Both the position numbers and the translations under genes were made by a program. Below, piece by piece: positions 60,631 through 64,000 of a DNA stretch of 64,000 bases. Where the stretch lies: contig CAWAZB010000001.1 of the NCBI GenBank assembly GCA_963786425.1, forward strand, positions 672,254 through 736,253, given 5' to 3'. Under the pieces are notes generated by a model. That model worked only from the letters and a program-made list of their open reading frames with translations, made no database searches and was not told the origin of the DNA. Position 1 is the first letter of the stretch. Each line of letters begins with the position of its first letter. The DNA is from an uncultured Alphaproteobacteria bacterium. GTDB lineage: Bacteria; Pseudomonadota; Alphaproteobacteria; Rhizobiales; Methyloligellaceae.

Positions 60631-61359
60631 CTAATCCTCGTTATGCAGAAACGACCGGCTCTCATTCTCGAGCCGCAACGCCGTTAGCCGGTTGCTGAAG
60701 ACGGCAGCGGTGTCGATCCCGATTCTGTTCTTGCGGATCACGGGAATCGCCCCTGGCGTATGTCCATGCACCACCATTTTGCCGAATGCCGATTCAGAGC
60801 TGAGGAAAGGCTCGCGTATCCAAACGAGATCCTGCTCGTCTTGCGCCTCGAGCGGCACTCCTGGTCTCACGCCCGCATGCACGAAAAAATAGTCGCCGAC
60901 GGTCATTGAAGGCCGCAGCGACTCGAAAAAGGCGCGGTGCGTCTCGGGAAGCGCGTCGCGCAACGCCTCTTGCCATTCCTCGGGCGAGGCGCGCCGCCCG
61001 TCGAGATCGGCAACGTCGACGCCGTAGGAGCGGAAGGTCGCCGCCGCGCCATTGGCAAGCCAGATCGGCAGTTCCCCAATATCGTCGAGAAATCGAAGCA
61101 GCAGGTCTTCGTGATTGCCTTTGAGGAAGTGCGTCTCGAAACCGGCGGGCAGGCCCGACGCCAGAATGTCGATCACGCCGCGGCTGTCGGGCCCCCGGTC
61201 GATATAGTCCCCGAGGAAGATGAGCGATCTCCGCTCGGAGCGCGCAAGTCCCGCATCCGCCGCGATGGACGAAAGAAGATCGGCGAGTAGGTCCGTCCGG
61301 CCATGAATATCGCCGATGGCATAGACGAGCAGGCCGGGTGGCAGCGAAGCGCGGTCCAA
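60631..61359 (-). CDS. Ser/Thr protein phosphatase-like metallophosphoesterase
   Basis: GDIHG, GDYIDRG, GNHE, VHAG, HGHT, IGIDT. Confidence 0.92.
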   Translation of the reverse strand: MDRASLPPGLLVYAIGDIHGRTDLLADLLSSIAADAGLARSERRSLIFLGDYIDRGPDSRGVIDILASGLPAGFETHFLKGNHEDLLLRFLDDIGELPIWLANGAAATFRSYGVDVADLDGRRASPEEWQEALRDALPETHRAFFESLRPSMTVGDYFFVHAGVRPGVPLEAQDEQDLVWIREPFLSSESAFGKMVVHGHTPGAIPVIRKNRIGIDTAAVFSNRLTALRLENESRSFLHNED

Positions 61360-61368
61360 AGGACGGTC

Positions 61369-61809
61369 TTACGCTTTTTTATCTCCGCGCAGCAGCTCTT
61401 GGTAAAGCTTGGCGGAGAAGCCGAACACGGTGGAGACGCAATCGCCCTTCAGGCCGATGAAGAGAACCATCTCGCCTTGCCGAAGCTGATCATCCTCGGT
61501 GATGACGTAGAGCTCGTCGGCCTTTAGCGGCGGCAGCCCCTTTTGGTCGCGCGCGCGGGCGAGAAAATCCTGCAGCCGCTCGCCTTCGAGATGGTCGTAT
61601 TTGGCGTGCACCTGGCCGATGGCAGCAAGGATGGTGCTTTTCGGCTTGCAGATGACGGGCTGCGGCGCCGCGCCCTCGCCTTGGTAATAAGTGATGCCGT
61701 GCTCCTGCACGAGAGGTCCGAGGCGCTTCGAGGCTCCCTGCAGGCCGGCCAAGCCAATCAGCGAGCCGCCAAGAACGACACCAGCCGCGATTTTGAGCCA
61801 GATGGGCAT
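61369..61809 (-). CDS. Hypothetical exported protein
   Basis: N-terminal hydrophobic anchor; no family recognised. Confidence 0.6.
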   Translation of the reverse strand: MPIWLKIAAGVVLGGSLIGLAGLQGASKRLGPLVQEHGITYYQGEGAAPQPVICKPKSTILAAIGQVHAKYDHLEGERLQDFLARARDQKGLPPLKADELYVITEDDQLRQGEMVLFIGLKGDCVSTVFGFSAKLYQELLRGDKKA

Positions 61810-61960
61810 GACGACCGCCCTTTACCTTCGCAAAAGCGAGGCTCAGGCGCGAAAGCGCGTTTCGGAAGACTCGCGCCGCCTCGGCGCAATTATTGCGCTT
61901 GGCCGGAGGAGTCGGCAATAGGCCGCGACAACAAGGCAATCAGGAATGGCCGGCCTTCTT

Positions 61961-62335
61961 CTAAGCACCGCGCTCGAGCTTCGCGCCTGAGAAGGGCGAG
62001 ACCCAGCTCGCCGTCCAGCCGAGCCGGCCATCCTCCGCAAAGCGGAGTCCCGCGAGCATGAACAGCGTTCCGCGGTCGTTGGCGGTCTTCTCCACCTCGA
62101 GGAGCGCATAGCCGATGTAGCGGCCGCAGACTTCGCTGCCCGCGGCCCGATTGACGCGGTCGATCGCCATCGGCTCGGTCTGTCCCGCGGCCATGCCGGA
62201 GGCAAAGGCGATCGCTTGATCCTCGGTGATGCAGAGAATGGAGTTGATCTTCCGCGGTACTGCCGAGGTCTGAGCCACGGCGTATGAGCCAAGGAGCAAA
62301 AACGCCAAACCGGCGACGGTGAGCTTGGTCAGCAT
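61961..62335 (-). CDS. Hypothetical secreted protein
   Basis: Signal peptide ending AVA; two Cys; GGAG RBS. Confidence 0.6.
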   Translation of the reverse strand: MLTKLTVAGLAFLLLGSYAVAQTSAVPRKINSILCITEDQAIAFASGMAAGQTEPMAIDRVNRAAGSEVCGRYIGYALLEVEKTANDRGTLFMLAGLRFAEDGRLGWTASWVSPFSGAKLERGA

Positions 62336-62481
62336 GGGATGATCTCCCTATACGGGATTTTTGCCACGCTCCTCGGATGCGCGCCGGCATGGCGCGGTTG
62401 AACGATGGGCAGGCCCAGACGTTCGGTACTCGCCCAATTGAAATCGCAGCGAGTTCCCCGCGGCCCCGGAGGAGACAAAAA

Positions 62482-62949
62482 ATGTTCCTCGATACGATCG
62501 ACATTCTTTTGCGCATGGGAGCCGCGGTAGTCGCCGGCATCGTCATCGGCTCGAACCGCGATCTCGCGGGAAAGCCGATGGGCATGCGCACGCTCGCCCT
62601 CGTCTCGCTCGGCGCCGCGGTGGTCTCGCTCGCAACCATCCGCCTCGAAGTGTTCAGTGATCATCCCGATGCCTTGAGCCGGGTGGTGCAGGGGATCATC
62701 CAAGGCGTGATGGGAGGCATCGGCTTTATCGGCGCCGGTGTGATTATGCGCGACGCCCAATCGGAGACGATCAAGGGTCTCACCACGGCGGCGACGGTAT
62801 GGGTCACGGCGGCTCTCGGAATTGCGTGTGCGCTGGCGGCCTGGTCGATTGTCGCCGTTGCTTTGGGGCTTGCGATCATCACGCTGGTGGCGGTCGGCTG
62901 GGCGGAGCGGCTGCACCTCACGGGGAATGGAGAGGGGGGAAAGGGCTGA
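62482..62949 (+). CDS. MgtC/SapB family membrane protein
   Basis: GMRTLALVSLGA, GIGFIGAGVI, GLTTAATVW. Confidence 0.92.
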   Translation: MFLDTIDILLRMGAAVVAGIVIGSNRDLAGKPMGMRTLALVSLGAAVVSLATIRLEVFSDHPDALSRVVQGIIQGVMGGIGFIGAGVIMRDAQSETIKGLTTAATVWVTAALGIACALAAWSIVAVALGLAIITLVAVGWAERLHLTGNGEGGKG

Positions 62950-62975
62950 CGCGAATCAGCCCCTTCCCTGCTCGT

Positions 62976-63374
62976 TCAGATGGCGGTGTCAATCTCGCAG
63001 CGGACCGTGTCGCGATGCCCGCAATCCGGCATCACCCAGGAAATGACCTCCCGAGTGATCGTATTGATGACGGGCACCGGGCACGCGGCACGCCAGAAGC
63101 GATAGGAGGACCGCTTATTCGCCTGGTCCCATTGCACGCCGAGCATCAGAGCGGACCGCCGGCATTGCTGGGGTGTGAAGGGTTGCGGGTCCGCGCCTTG
63201 ATCGACCGCGGCGTCATAGACCTGCACCTCCTGACGCCGGCAGACCATCATGGAGTGCTCGGTGGCCCACTCCCGGTTTTCGTGACCGGTGTAGCCGGCA
63301 TTGACGTCGGGGGGACCTGCAAGGATGGTCTTGCAGACGATGAGGACGACGGCCGCTGGCATTGAGACGGTCAT
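62976..63374 (-). CDS. Hypothetical protein (Cys-containing)
   Basis: GGAGG RBS before ATG 63374; several spaced Cys. Confidence 0.6.
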   Translation of the reverse strand: MTVSMPAAVVLIVCKTILAGPPDVNAGYTGHENREWATEHSMMVCRRQEVQVYDAAVDQGADPQPFTPQQCRRSALMLGVQWDQANKRSSYRFWRAACPVPVINTITREVISWVMPDCGHRDTVRCEIDTAI

Positions 63375-63769
63375 AGCGCGATCCTCCCTTTGATGGCCGT
63401 CGGGACTCGGACGGCGCAGCATTCCTTGAGAATGCGAGGGAGGAACTCCTCCTTCATCGCCGCGGAGGATCCGAGAACGGTCAAGGCAAAGACGGTCAAC
63501 ATCGGCCGGTCCTTTCTAAATCGTCGTAAGCACCTCCTCCGACCGGCGTTTCTTCCCTGTTTCAGCTCTCAAAGGCTGAAATCGACCTGCACTGTGATAG
63601 GAAATGTTGCACCGCAACAATGATGCTGCAATGACCATTTTGTCACACCGTGGCGGAAAGGCCCACGGCGCGCTTTAGTCCCCGATGGTGCGATTGGAAA
63701 GTGGCGGCGGTTGGCACGCCGGGCCCCGGCTCGATCGCCGACTGTTCCGCGACGGCCGCGCTCAAGACA

Positions 63770-63988
63770 TCAAATAAATTGCGCTGCCTCCCAGCGCAAA
63801 AATTCCGCGGCCTTTTGATGGGCTTCGCTCTCTCCCTGGTCGCGCAGGAGATCGACGGCGGCCACTTCGAACATATCCCGCACATTTTCTCGGGTTGTCG
63901 CCCCAACCTTGATCATGATGCGCAACATGCACAGCGTCAGTGCTGTATTCGCGAGGGTCAGCTGTTTCTCATCCAGTCCATGCAGCAT
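63770..63988 (-). CDS. Small hypothetical protein
   Basis: 72-aa helical ORF; no family recognised. Confidence 0.4.
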   Translation of the reverse strand: MLHGLDEKQLTLANTALTLCMLRIMIKVGATTRENVRDMFEVAAVDLLRDQGESEAHQKAAEFLRWEAAQFI

Positions 63989-64000
63989 TATTGGGCTCCG

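Overview
GC-rich alphaproteobacterial chromosome segment; gene content suggests Hyphomicrobiales (inference). Core blocks: usg, groES-groEL with CIRCE; cca-DUF6111-DUF1285; MoxR/DUF58/BatA-DUF4159 operon; wrbA, SDR, UdgX-like UDG, amt-glnK; and the pmtA-mnmA-sciP...yajQ-fliJ-ctrA-chpT-cysQ-eipA cell-cycle region with several CtrA boxes. An accessory zone (~22.5-49.7 kb) around tRNA-Leu(TAA) and tRNA-Met(CAT) holds the two best candidates for undescribed systems. (1) A trimeric autotransporter adhesin (TAA) locus flanked by a methyltransferase resembling rickettsial OmpB lysine methyltransferases, a RaxST-like tyrosine sulfotransferase, an IalB-family protein and a membrane-anchored Pro-rich protein; a paralogous TAA with the same unusual leader lies ~8 kb away. 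This looks like a candidate adhesin post-translational tailoring system. (2) A ~10.8 kb satellite-like element integrated in tRNA-Met (52-bp att repeats) with integrase, Xis-like, PC4-like and iteron-containing Rep genes, small and large terminase-like genes but no recognisable portal or capsid, a 17-bp tandem repeat and damaged defence-like cargo. Many genes, including housekeeping ones, carry single-base frameshifts, so assembly indel errors are likely and split genes should be read cautiously. All family assignments come from motifs recognised by eye; no database search was run.
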